A stretch of DNA of 64,000 nucleotides from Tubulanus polymorphus (lineage: Eukaryota; Animalia; Nemertea). The first letter of the stretch is position 1. The number at the start of each line of letters is the position of its first letter. Made by a program: the position numbers and the translations under genes. The notes under the pieces were generated by a model, which was given only the letters and a program-made list of their open reading frames with translations, was not told the DNA's origin and did not search any database. Of the stretch, positions 14,801-26,336 are shown piece by piece. The stretch is from assembly GCF_964204645.1 (NCBI RefSeq), contig NC_134032.1:11148275-11212274 (forward strand). Direction: 5' to 3'.

Positions 14801-17800
14801 TCGGTGTACACATCGTCACGCACGTGTGGATGATGTTGCGGTTACCGTCGCAGCGTTCTCTGATGATATCGCCGACGGCGACATCGCGTTTCGCGGCGTC
14901 AGTTTCCGACTCGATTTTACCGAGTAACGATTTCACCTGGTCGACGTCGCAGCGCAGGATGTGCGGTATTAAACCTTGTTTGTCCAATACCAAAGCGATT
15001 ATTGCGACCTATGAAAAACCGAGAGGAACAATGAGATCTTTCCAAGCAGCTGTTTAAGAGGAAATGGGGATTTATGAAGACAGTGTTCTTTTCTGGAAGA
15101 AATTACGATGGCAAAAGGGTTCTATGGAGGCAGCTCCTTTTTCAGGAAAGGTCTATAGAGGCAATGTGATGTTATAGGGGGATTAACAGAGAGAGTGTTC
15201 TTTTCTGGAAGAAGTTATGATGGGAAAGAGGTTCTACTATGGAGACAGCTTCTTTTTCCACGAAAGGTCTTTAGAGGCAATGTGATGTTATAGAGGGATT
15301 TATGGAGGTAACCATCTCCTCAAAGGTTTCTAGATGTTGAAAAGAGGCATTGTATTTTCATAGGGGGATTTATGGAGGCCGTGTTCTTCTCTGGACGGCT
15401 CTTTAGGTTACGATCATAGAGGCAGCGTTCTTTCAGGAATAGTCTACAGAGGCTATACGATACCGACCAGACTACCTGATATATCTTATTGTAGTAGTTC
15501 TCACTAAAAGTTATTCTGATTTTGAGAGCATTTCGATATTTTTTAGGGTAGTTGAGCCCTTAAGAACAGAAGAAACTACATTCTCTCAAATAGCAGCTAC
15601 AGTCAGGTGTGTGTGATATAAGGGGGATTCACGGCCATCTTTTCGATCAGTTGATTATTGATGATGTCATAAGGGGACTTATGGCAGCAGACGTCTCTGT
15701 TTCAAGGATCGAAATGCACGTACCTTGTTTTTGGAACACGAAGTGACGTTGATTAAGGAATGAATGCCGATGTTCAAACATCTCGCCGGCAGCAGATCCA
15801 ACCATCTCGGGTCGTGGATGCCTTCCATACAGTTCTTACCGAGAGGATAAACGGCGCCGTTGCCATCGCACAGAATCAACGGATATTGCTATAAACAGGA
15901 AGACAGTTGAGTTAAAATTGGAAGATTTACATGTAACGGTCAGCAGTTGTTTCTATGGATGGGTCTGCAGCATCTGGTAGATGGATTTTGAATAAAGGCA
16001 GGGTTCAGAGTAGAAAGGCTGAGACACTTCTAAGCACTATTTCATGTTTCCACATGTTTCCAAGACTTTTCCCTGATTTTTAGCTTTCTTTTTACAAAAT
16101 TCCCTGACTTTGAAAAAGAAAATTCCCCAGACTTTTCCCTGATTTCCAGGTAAGTGGCTGACGAATAGGGGACTGTGTTACGTCGACACGGATTATGTAC
16201 TGACCTCTCCGGCGTTGTGCAACGCAATCTTTTTCTCGTCGGTTCCGATGAACGCGTGGTAACTCGTCGGGAACGTCGATTCCTGTTCGATTTTACTCTG
16301 ACTCAAGTTGTAAACGATGTAGCGCAGTTTCTGACTTTGTTTGACGATCGCGTGAATGGCTACGAAAACAATAAATCATCAAGTTTCACTGAATAAATTC
16401 GAAGAATCCAAAAAAGTTTCGATGACATCAGAATTTTGAGGGCGATCATCACCAATTTCGAATTCGTACTCATTACACTGACCTATATTATCGACGGCTA
16501 TTGTTACGATCTGGCTGCTGTTGTCCGTGACGCTGATTTTCTTCGGAGTTCGCTGGAAACAATCGGGTACTTTCGGCGCGTTCGTGCCCTTGACGATTTG
16601 CAGGTCGTCCTTACGCAGCAGGCGGCATTCTTGCAGAAGCGCGGAGACGTCCTCGCGCGACGGTTGGTTCGCCAGTTCGCCTTCTTTGCAGAAACGCACG
16701 GCCGCGTAGGCTCCGTCGACCTGACGGGGAAGAAAAATATCAATTCCGAACTGCATCCAATTCTGTAGTGGTTCAAAACGCTGGACCCTGTTCCGCCGAA
16801 GTCTGACTTTTTATGGAGTTAAATTCAATTCATTTTCAATATTCTCAAAAAAGCATCGAGTATTAAACAGAGGACTTTGAAAATGGATCACGAAAATCAG
16901 CGACTCAAAACTGGGTCCACAGTTTTTTTATTGATAATGAGAAATTAGATTCAAAGTGAAGTCTTTCTGGACCCAGTTCCACAGTTGTGAGTTATAGAGT
17001 TAACTTTGAGTTTAAGTTAGTTCATTTTCAATGAGTTATCTCAGAGTGCAATCTTAACTCAGGGCCCAGTTTCACGAAAAGGATTAAGGCCTTAATCGAT
17101 TTAAGATAAACTGAATCAATGAAGAAATTAAATCGATTTTAGAGTTAAACCTTTTTGTGAAACTGGGCCCAGAGCTGTAGAACTGGACCCTGATCTATGG
17201 ACATTATTCACAGACGTCACACGTATTGTTCACAACTGTTATTTAATTGTCATTTTGTGCATCAATTGTAAGCCATGGAAGACAGGCTAGTGCTTGATGG
17301 ACTTTATGACATGCAGTGACGACGTCACATAAATAAGGCATGTTGAGGTTTTCTTTTTGGTCGCGGTCATACGTACTTTGAGAACTTTCCCGACCGGCAT
17401 CGTTTTAATGTCCTCGATGAAGACGACATCTTTTAAAGTCCATTCTTCCTCGTCTCGTTTTTCGATGATCTCTTTCACCGGCGTGACCACTTTCTTACGC
17501 TCTACAAAAACAAAAACAATAGGCAACCATCAGATTTCGAATTCAGATTTTATTGACAACCATCAATACGGGTGGCCGCTTTTATTTTGACTCGCTTTTT
17601 CCATGACTATTCCCTGATATGTACATTGTTTACCCTCACTTGCTCCGCCAAGATTAAGAATCAAATCAATTAACTCAGTCAAATACATAAAATATAGACT
17701 GTAACTGTTTGATTTAACGCGCCATTTACCATAGAAGCATTTTCTATTTAGAAGACAATTTAAAGGAATGAAGGAGTTGTAAGGACCCTTTAGATGATGT

Positions 17801-20800
17801 ATGAAGAGAAGTACTTACTCAGAGATCCGGGGCTGATTAGAGTCGGACCGCTCTGATCCGAACACGTCGACGACGCCGGCGACGGCGGGGGAGGCATATC
17901 CGGTTTACTCTCGCACGACGACTTCTCCGCTTTCAGCTCGCGTTTCGGCAGCAGCAGCGGCGGAGGCGGCGCGTCGTCCCAGTCTCGATCCAAACGGATT
18001 TTAAATCGACACGTATCGGTCAGCGACCACGCCGATTCCAACAATTGACCGACCTTCGGCACGCCGTCGACCGTTGTGAACGCCAGCGCCCCCGTGTGGT
18101 ACATCGGGCTACTGCGTAAGCAGACGGTCATACCGCTCGCGATCTCCTGGACGCCGCCGGAATTGCCGCCTTTGGATTTTTTCGCGCGGCTGCGAGCTTT
18201 TTCGATGATACGCTTGCGCTGTCCGAACGGCATGACACCCCTGGAAAAAATAAACCAAGGTCACAAGATCTGCTCTAAACCTAGTTTAACTCGACTCAGT
18301 TCGTCAGAAAACAAGAATCAAGGATCAGAAAATTTGTTAGGAAATCAGACAATGATTTTTTTTGGAAGCGTCTGCATCTCTCTCATATCCCAATTACTGT
18401 AGACTCCTCCTAAATCAGAACTGTTTATCTCGGTAAATGATTAATTCAGAGGTTTTGTAAGCAAATTTAATTTTAAGGCTACCTAAACTCGGTTCCTAAT
18501 TTGGTAACCACCCAATTGGGTACAAATAAATTACAACTGTACCAATATAGGCAAAGTTTACTGTACAACTACAAACTAGACAAACATTTCTAATAATTGT
18601 CTATTTGTCGAAATGAGTTTCAAGCACCTCTAAATGCATTTTCTGCTTGGAAATAGTTTTAAAGAATCGAGGAATTGTGGTAAACTTGTTAGTTAATACA
18701 TACCACCAGTAGAGGGCGCCACTCTCGAGACGGGCGCACGTGTAAAGCGAACACGTGTGCAGCGATTTGATCGCGTCGCACTGGAACTCGGGGAAACTCT
18801 GCGCCGCGTGTTCTAACTTGGCGGCGACCGTCGTCAGACTCTCGTCCATCCAGGTGGCGACTTTACCAGATGCGGTGAACACAGACGCTCGTACGTTGCA
18901 CGCGCTGATGCCGAGGATCGTTTCGTTCGTCAGCCCCAGCGTCGCGGTCTTCGGGTGGAAAATAGCTCCGCTCTGAAACGCAACAGAATCGTTAGAATCT
19001 CCACGAAGGTATTCGTTCATCGTTATTAAAAACTGACTTAAGACTGGGGGACGAAAAAGTTTATCTAAAATTTTTTGTTTGAGGTTATGAAATTGATACC
19101 ATGTTTCTCATTTCTGCTAGACTTAAAAGTTCACCTGGCCAGCTGCAATACCACATACATAACTTTTTTTAAAATCACGACCAAGCTAATAATAACAGAC
19201 CCGGCAGCTATAGAAATGAAATATAACAAATTTCATTGCAGACGAAATGAACTGACCGATTAGGAGAAAACAAGGTATCATCATATCTTTTTAGCATAAA
19301 AGAGCTATTTTCGTATTTTTTGGGTCAGACAGATTACGATCAAGCATTACGAACCTCGGGCGAAGAGTACGGTTCACTATCCGACCACTTCCACTGATGT
19401 AGGTGTCCCGTAGTGCTGATTGCGACTAATTCAGAATGTAAAGATACCATATGCGTAAACCGCAAATTACTGTTCTCCTAAAAAGACATCAAAAAATCAA
19501 TCAATTATCATCAACTCCAAATGTACTTAAATAATGAATTTTGGGGTAAATATTTGAGAAAACTTAATTTCACCAACACCCGGACCGAGTCGTGAATTAA
19601 GTTTGACCCTTGATTCAAAGTACATGTACATGTAATCTAAAATGACCTAATCCGACTGCAGAGAGTTTTAAAGATTTTCAATTCAGTAAGTTGAAGTAAA
19701 ATCAACTGAAGCTAGTGAAGTAAATGAAAATGAACTTGATTTAATTTTAACCGTTGAGTTTAATCGTAAACAAACCAGTTTTGATTCAAGAGCCAACTGA
19801 TTTTGACTAAAGAGTTAATGTAAATGCGAATTGATTGTAACTGCTGTAACTCGGTTCTCTGGACCCGATCAAACTTGTTTCATAGAAAACGATGATGTGA
19901 ACTCGTAACGTACCTTGTCCGGGGGCCACATTTGAAGCTCTTCGCCGAAATTGATTGGATTCTGCGCCGGCCCCGTTCCCGCTTTTTTCGTCAGATCGGC
20001 CGAGAACGACGAATCGGACGTCGTGCGGTCACGATCGATTCCTCGCAGATTCGCGATCGCCTCGTCGCGTAACGCATTCTCCAGCCAGCGTCGCTCGCGC
20101 AGACGGAACACCTCGCGATCGCGGCTGTCCGTATCGCGATCGCCGGCGGCTGTAAACGAAAACATTCCATAAAGTTCGTTATCAAATGTGTAGTAAGACA
20201 TTTAGGAATACAGATTCAAATTAGAACAAAATTTTTTTGGAGATCATTCCCATTTTCCACACCTTTTCTATAGCCATAGAGAAAAAAAAACAACAAATAT
20301 CCATAACTTTTGACAAGTAAAACTTTGCATTGAATCGCGAAAGAGTAAAATATAAGTCGCACTATTACGGAATCGAAAGTTTTTAAATGTCATAACGTTA
20401 GAATTTAGTAAGAATCCAAATTTTCGGTTTTCAACTTTCCATAACTATCCTTTCCAAAACGCGCACGAACCCCGATTTGATTAATTCAACACAAATAAAT
20501 CAACAAAACTTTAAGCATTGCCCAGTTGCAAAGCTTTCTATCAAGTTTAAGTTAAAATTAGTTGTTGTGTACAAAATGCTTTGAATCCAGTCCATTTCAG
20601 AAGCGTCATTCTGTCGAAGAATAATTTGGCAAAAAAATTTTTTTTTGAAAATTACCTGAACCTCTCGATCGTCCGGCGGACCGACCTCGCAACGACGAAT
20701 ATCCGAACATATCCTCGCTGAATATTCCCGAATCCGAGTCGATTATAACGCTCGGGTGATCGGACTGAATTCCTGCATCCAACAACGATATCAAATCATC

Positions 20801-23800
20801 TACAAATAAACAAATCACGAATCAACTATTGCACCAAATATGAACTGATTTTACTAATTTCGACTATCAACAAAAGCGAAGGCCATAGACCTAGTCCCAC
20901 AGGTATGCGGGTTGAATTTAATTCAGGACACAAATGCACAATTTTATGGGGGATTAGTTTGAGAGGTGCAGTGGCCGAGTGGTTTAAGCCGCCTGTCACT
21001 GGTCTCGTCAATCCAGGGTTTATGGGTTCAAACCCTGGTGGCGACACGAGTTTCTTGGTCGAAGGTTCTTCTCAGGGCTCTCCCCCGTTGGGAAAAAGAA
21101 ACATCGAACCTGCTTATAATGCCCTGCGTGGCGCTTAGCGGGTTGAGGGTGTTTAAAAAAAAATTGGAGTTTATTTTGACTCTGAATCCAGTTCACAGTT
21201 CCTAAGTTGTATGATTTTAATTTGACATCGAGCCCAGTTCTCAAGTTGTATGGATCCAATTAGACTCTTGGTCCAGTTCCAGAGTTGTGAGGGTTTAATT
21301 GGACTTCTCATTTCTTAGTCGAGTCGAACATTGGATGGAAAATTCAAACAAATAGGCACACCGAACAAGATTAAAGGGGACTAGACGAGTCATCTCTTCT
21401 GCTATTCGGATATTTTGACTCGCGCACATACACATACCTCCTCCCATGTAAGAGTCCTGACTATCCTCTCCGTCATCTTCACCTTCATCATCACGACTCA
21501 ATAAATTATTCACTGCTAAATTGACGTCCAAATTCTACAAAAGATAGAACATGCACAAAATATTTTTATTCATAAAATTGAACCAAGTCTTTGAAATGGA
21601 TTTCTATAAATTATCGTCTATTTTTCCACAAAAAAAAAATGATAATAGGCCTATAGAATTTCGTATTGTGGGTTATAAATATTTTTCTTACCGTGCGTTG
21701 AAGTTCTCTGACGATTAAACTCCGCGACTTCCCCTGCAAAACCATTTGACACTGGAACAGAAACAAAACGGGTTGTTAACACGAATACAGATACAGAAAC
21801 TAATTTAGTAGCAGGAATTCAGGGCATTTCTGGACCCGGTTCTAAAGTTTTTAGCATAGAATTGATTCTAGCCTTAAACAATAAGAAATTCACACAATTC
21901 AATGCTAAACACCAAGACAGAATCATTCCTGGATATAAGGAGTTTCTTTAGGACAAAATTTCATCAACGTTCGAGGAAGTGCCCGCACCATTTTAATATC
22001 CCAGTTACAGTAGACACCTCTAAAGTCAGTACCGTTTATCTCAGTAACCCATTATTTCAGAGGTTTTGTAAGCAAATTTTTATCCTATACCCTACCAAAA
22101 CTTGAGTTTCTAATTTGTTAACTGCCTAATAGGGCAACATAGAAATCCTGGTTCCAACTGTAGTCTGACATTTTTCCCAAATTGAAGGGGTTCCAAGCAA
22201 CTTTAAAAGCATTTTCAGTTTAGAAGGAATTTTTAAGGAATGGAGTTGTAGGGAACCTGCAAGAACTGTATGCTAAATTGAGGAACAGTTAGGGGCGGGT
22301 ACAAAACTCACTTGATTGACAAGCTCCTCGGGTACAGCGGACGCGTGAATCAAAGGTCGCGACCCGACGATCACTCCTGATCCGCGACCCCGACCTACGG
22401 CTCGCACGACGCGACCTTGAGGTCGTCTGATCGGACGACTAGCCGTCGAGGTGGTGGTCGTCGTGGCGCCCGACGTCGTCGAGCCGGGTGTGGAGCTCGT
22501 GCTGCGAGCCGTCGTGCTGTTGGCCGGCGTGCTGGTCGCGACGGTCGTCGTCGACGATGACGTACTGTTGCCCCATCTGGAAAACAAACTGCATACGATC
22601 ACATAAAGTGCCGAAATTCCGGGCTAACATTTTCACAGTTAACACAACGCTCACTGCTAGGCCGATAACACGGTGCTGCCCCCTAGTAGTAACTACGAGT
22701 TACCTCATAGTTGGAAGTGAATCAAGAGAAATTTTAGGGTTTAAAATGTTGTTACAATTCAATCGTTTTTCAGTGTAGAAGAGACGCGCAGTAGCAGTGT
22801 GCCTGTTATTCAACATACTGGGATTGAGATTTTTAAAAATATTTTCGAATCATCTCCAGCACCGAATATGGATTGAAGAATAATTAATGGAGATCTTGTG
22901 CGATTAGGCTACGTAGTGACGACATCAGGCTAATCGTAGTAGATATCTGGAAATATCGAGAGGGTTGCGAGTGGTGCATATGAAGTAGGAGAGGGAGTGG
23001 CAGAAGGGGGGCGCCGGGAGTCGAGGGATGCGAAGCAGATATGAAATTACCCAAGCGCCTGTACAGCGATGGCTCCGTGCGAGTCCGGCACCAGAATCAA
23101 CGGCCCTTCGATGTCGCGAGTACGATCACGTAACGTCGTTTTAGGTTTCTTCACTTCCGGAGCCCTAAAAAAAAAAACGCAAACAAAATACTGAAAACAA
23201 TGGACAAAATAAAACGAGATCAGACAAATGAACTCTGGAATTTTCAAATTTTTTCCATACAAAGCACTCAGGATTTTCAATGTCATTTTTGAACACGATT
23301 TTTTTGAACAGACTTTTCATGTCATTTTTTTCACAGATTATTCTGAGGTACAATAACCAAAGCGGTTACCGTGACTACAATCTGGGTGCGGATTAAAATT
23401 ACGATTTCTTAAACCGTTAGATTCTGAGTCCTATATGTTCAATGGCATCAAAAGGAGAAAACATTTTGACGGACGCTTCTCATGCATTTTTCGCAGATTC
23501 TTTACGAGTTTTCACTGGGAGCAAATGAGCACAGTTTTCGGGAAACATTACTTACGTTTTCGGTTCCGTTTTATTGAGATCCAGTTTATCATTTTGAACG
23601 TTGTACGAAACCCGACAAATTCTTCCATCCTTAAAAAGCGAAAGTAAAGTCTATTCAGTGAAAAGCTACAGTGCACACGAATATTTGGTCCAAAAGTGAT
23701 TTGAAATCTGATGACTGGTCTTAAAGTTGTTAGATCGGCTATACAACTAAGATGGTTTTAAAACTAAGTCATGACATGGAACTGGCCGGTTGCATAGTCA

Positions 23801-25697
23801 TAGCTTACATTTAAGACCAGTCTAAGACCAACTTAGTTCCGTAGCCAATCTAACAAATTATGACCAGTCACGACTGTGCAACTATTCCAAATGGCCGGTT
23901 TAATTTACCCCGGTTTAAACATGCAGCATTAGGGATAGCTATGATACCAGTCTATAATACTGGATCCGGACAAAAGAAGGACAAATAAGGACTTGGAAGG
24001 ACCACTGGAAACCCTGGAAAGGGCCTCAGCCTGACAATCATATGATGATTCCCAAGGTCATGATGATTGTCATGTATAATGTATATATAACTAGTAATGA
24101 ATTTATAACTAGTAATGAATTCATATTTTTACTTCGAAATCATCAAATCAAAAACTTTCAAAATCACAGTAAATTAAATGAAATGAGAATAAATTAAATG
24201 AAATGAGAATAAGATAGCCTACCTCTAGTAATAAAGCGATACTGTTCGGACCGACAGCTATTTGAGTCACCGGTAATCGTTTTAAAGCGTTGAACACGGC
24301 CGGTTGTAAATAGCCGTGTTTCGAGATCTTCTCCGAAACTTCTTTTAGTCTGAAAATATTTTCCAGAATTAGGGTTTACGCGGAATTTTCACAGGCCTAC
24401 CACGAAACCCGATATAATCCGTATCAAAAAGATACATCAATACCGCGTCAGGCTTGGATAGTGTATGGAGAATCCAACAATGATAACGTAATGTTAAGCG
24501 CTGATTAAGCCGGGTTAGCTCCGAGAAAGGCATCATAGTCGATAAAAATAAGACCGATAGCCTTCAAAAGATCATCATCCATTGTAATATGATTTAGTCC
24601 AAAAATGTTGACTTAAGGCGCTAGAAAAAAAATGATACCTTGCTTCTCATTTCTGCTAAGCTTTAAAAGTTGACCTGGCCATCTGTCTGTACATGGTGCA
24701 TTACTTTTCCAAAATTATGATCACGCTTACAATAACAACAGAACCGGCAGCCATAAAAATGATCTGACTACATATTCCATCAGTTCACAAAGTGACCCGG
24801 CTGATTAGGGGAAACCACGTACAATGAACAACGTATCATTTTATTTCGTTTTTATTGCGAAATTCTCTTTTAATCAAAATTCCGCCGAAGCACATATAAG
24901 TGTCTTGGTCGGGTCATCCTTATTACCGAGATGATGTATTTTACCGAGATGAACCGAGATCAACCGAGATGAAATGAAATATAACATATCTATTTATTCC
25001 TTATCGATTTTAACAATTGAAATCATATTATATCAGTAATAAATGCCTGCTGGATATTTTACATATTTTGTCGGATATTTTTGTAGAAAAATAACTTAAC
25101 TTTACCGAGATGAGATCGTCAATCAATCAAATTCAATGAAATTTCATTGCTAACGAGTTTACATATTTGAAGTCAAAATTCTTTTTAATAAAAAAAATAT
25201 GTGAAATATGACTCAAGAAGGTATTTGTTACTGATATAACATGATTAAGTGTTAAAATCGATAAGGAATAAATAAATATGCTATATTTCATTTCATCTCG
25301 GTTCATCTCGGTAAAATACGTCATCTCGGTAATAAGGATGACCCCGTTTTTATTGCGAAATTCTCTTTTAATCAAAATACCGCCGAAGCACGTATAAGTG
25401 TCTTGGTGATATATAATACTGGATAATTGTTGGTTGACACTCTTACTTCTATAGATTCTACCAAATGAAATAGTTATAGTTTAGTAAGTTAAAATGAGGG
25501 GAATCCCGAAATAAGTTCCGTGGTCCATCGATTTATTTCTGACGACGATTCTACAATCTTCTTCAACGAACGAAAATGACTTTTTCCAGACTCCGAAAAA
25601 TACGATTTTCTCAATGGAATTACGTCATTACTGACCTGTCATTTAACTGTTGGTCAGTTCCGGGTAATGGCTGCACGACGAAATGAATCGAATTCAT
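312..25697 (-). CDS. UBR5: E3 ubiquitin-protein ligase UBR5/EDD/hyperplastic discs; 36 coding exons in the window, 3' end (rest of MLLE and the HECT domain) lies beyond position 1
   Basis: Spliced translation starts [28 protein letters not shown] (ATG at 25697). UBA: [36 protein letters not shown]-box: [28 protein letters not shown]...CHKGHDC and [12 protein letters not shown]. Also [29 protein letters not shown] and MLLE start [22 protein letters not shown] exons read by hand: 25636-25697, 24223-24349, 23556-23629, 23051-23164, 22312-22576, 21692-21751, 21438-21534, 20656-20799, 19914-20149, 19355-19477, 18704-18972, 17819-18240, 17377-17501, 16483-16720, 16205-16359, 15724-15888, 14777-15008, 14133-14247, 13435-13610, 12648-12876, 11712-12074, 10946-11092, 10428-10546, 10217-10337, 9509-9617, 8907-9073, 8157-8343, 7590-7911, 6722-7030, 6145-6497, 5166-5397, 3244-4576, 2550-2675, 1938-2154, 988-1237, 312-571. 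Confidence 0.96.
830..935. mobile_element. PIF/Harbinger-like MITE (GGTCCAGTTCCACAG family) nested in a CAGGGTGGCCAC-type repeat
   Basis: Imperfect terminal inverted repeats and CAG on both flanks (827-829, 936-938). Related copies near 13719-13790, 16970-17189 and 21270-21290. Confidence 0.7.
2211..2515. repeat. Repeat-spacer array of the core TGATGTCATAGGGGGATTTATGGAGGCAGCCATCTTT (first copy inverted)
   Basis: One inverted and four direct degenerate copies separated by dissimilar linkers. The same core recurs at about 5110, 8435-8725, 15050-15470, 15610-15700 and 57700-58020. Confidence 0.75.
5788..6036 (-). mobile_element. 3' end of an L2/CR1-group LINE with (TTA)n tail
   Basis: Minus strand reads [38 protein letters not shown], typical of the L2 ORF2 C-terminus, followed by AATAAA and a (TTA)n microsatellite (5788-5830). 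Confidence 0.75.
8435..8725 (-). repeat. Repeat-spacer array (about 5 copies) of the TGATGTCATAGGGG family
   Basis: AAGATGGCTGCCCCATAAATACCCCTATGACATC-like units recur every 50-75 bp with variable linkers. Confidence 0.75.
9740..9990. mobile_element. hAT-like MITE, CAGGGTGGCCAC family
   Basis: Begins AGGGTGGCCA and ends TGGCCAAACCTG. Related copies start near 767, 5626, 14004, 17569, 34873, 42416 and 57050. Confidence 0.6.
11354..11666. mobile_element. Putative MITE with AGCCT...AGGCT ends and internal GCTACGAATA...TATTCGTAGC hairpins
   Basis: Short inverted termini and two internal palindromes at about 11381-11400 and 11423-11450. Confidence 0.45.
12340..12640. repeat. Degenerate intronic minisatellite
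   Basis: Recurrent AATCAAGGGGGTAAGA-CCTCAGTAACACCTTCCACA-like units. Confidence 0.55.
12967..13359. mobile_element. piggyBac-like MITE containing a nested Harbinger-like MITE (13184-13321)
   Basis: TTAA|CCCTTTCAGTGC ... GCACTGAAAGGG|TTTT termini. Related copies at about 7177-7515 and 62031-62355. The 7431 copy shows the empty CAG site for the nested element. Confidence 0.7.
15050..15700 (+). repeat. Repeat-spacer array(s) of the TGATGTCATAGGGG family
   Basis: Multiple GATGTTATAGGGGGATT/TATGGAGGCAGC units at 15050-15470 and two more at 15610-15700. Confidence 0.7.
16970..17189. mobile_element. Harbinger-like MITE (CTG duplication) with a second MITE (17063-17169, CAG duplication) inserted in its right arm
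   Basis: Outer element: CTG|GACCCAGTTCC...AACTGGACC|CTG. Inner element: CAG|GGCCCAGTTTCACGAAAAGG...CCTTTTTGTGAAACTGGGCC|CAG. Removing the inner element and one duplication restores the outer consensus length. Confidence 0.8.
18396..18545. mobile_element. Tc1/mariner- or pogo-like repeat (second copy at 22007-22162)
   Basis: Both copies start TAC(A/T)GTAGAC and share CAGAGGTTTTGTAAGCAAATTT. Confidence 0.5.
19094..19280. mobile_element. MITE with TGATACCTTGTTT(T)CTC inverted ends (second copy at about 24633-24838)
   Basis: Inverted termini and two clearly homologous copies in different UBR5 introns. Confidence 0.6.
20961..21163 (+). mobile_element. tRNA-derived SINE, antisense within a UBR5 intron
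   Basis: A box TGGCCGAGTGG (20972), B box GGTTCAAACCC (21025), no pairing acceptor stem, about 110 nt of non-tRNA body and an A9 tail. Confidence 0.75.
23686..23885. mobile_element. Head-to-head inverted pair of the 13184-type Harbinger-like MITE
   Basis: 23784-23885 matches 13184-13321 directly; 23686-23787 matches it in reverse complement. Confidence 0.6.
24911..25344. mobile_element. Fold-back element with about 160-bp inverted arms, flanked by a 63-bp direct repeat
   Basis: GGGTCATCCTTATTACCGAGATGA...TCATCTCGGTAATAAGGATGACCC. Flanks 24847-24909 and 25345-25407 match at 61/63 positions. Confidence 0.85.
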
Positions 25698-26336
25698 GTC
25701 GTCAATGAGTTTATTTCTGTTTTAATTAATTAATCGGAGAAATAATTCGTCGCAAGCTGCGCCATGGTCTACTGCTATGGGTTTAGTCTGTGCAGCAGGA
25801 TGTGCGCCGGCGGCTGCTGGAAAATAGGTAGGAATGCTCCGATACAACGCGTTTCAGACGGGTAGATTCGCTTAGTTCAAATTCAAGTTCAAGTTCAAAT
25901 TTATTTCACGAAAAGCATATGGCGGATTAAAATACAAGAGAAAATACGAACAAGCAAACGATTAAATAGAAAGTGAACACAAGAAAATAGATAATGCAAA
26001 TCAGAGTAATTCAATTCAAATCTTTATTGTTTCAAAATTTACAAAGCTTATTATTGGTTTTGAACGAAACAAATATTATTGTATTATTATGTACGATAGG
26101 AAATGCATTTTGAATTATTTGAATATTGACTGACAATCATCGGATTGTGAACCTATTAAACGGTTTGAAAATCAACGAGAAATTTTTGAAATTATTCTAA
26201 AGCAGATCAATACAGAATACGACCAATATCGACCGTGAAATCTCCAACTTAAAGGTTGCTGAAGGATGCTGCCGTGTTAGGCGCATGATCATCGATTGGT
26301 TTTAATGCATGATCCGCAAACTAACTCCATTCTAAA

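Noticed and set aside
20961-21050. Functional tRNA gene
   Set aside because: The acceptor stem does not pair, no clean anticodon arm is evident, and the sequence continues into a body and A tail typical of a SINE.
22912-22946. Possible poison exon in a UBR5 intron
   Set aside because: An acceptor-like site and an in-frame TGA are present, but the donor is weak and nothing else supports it.
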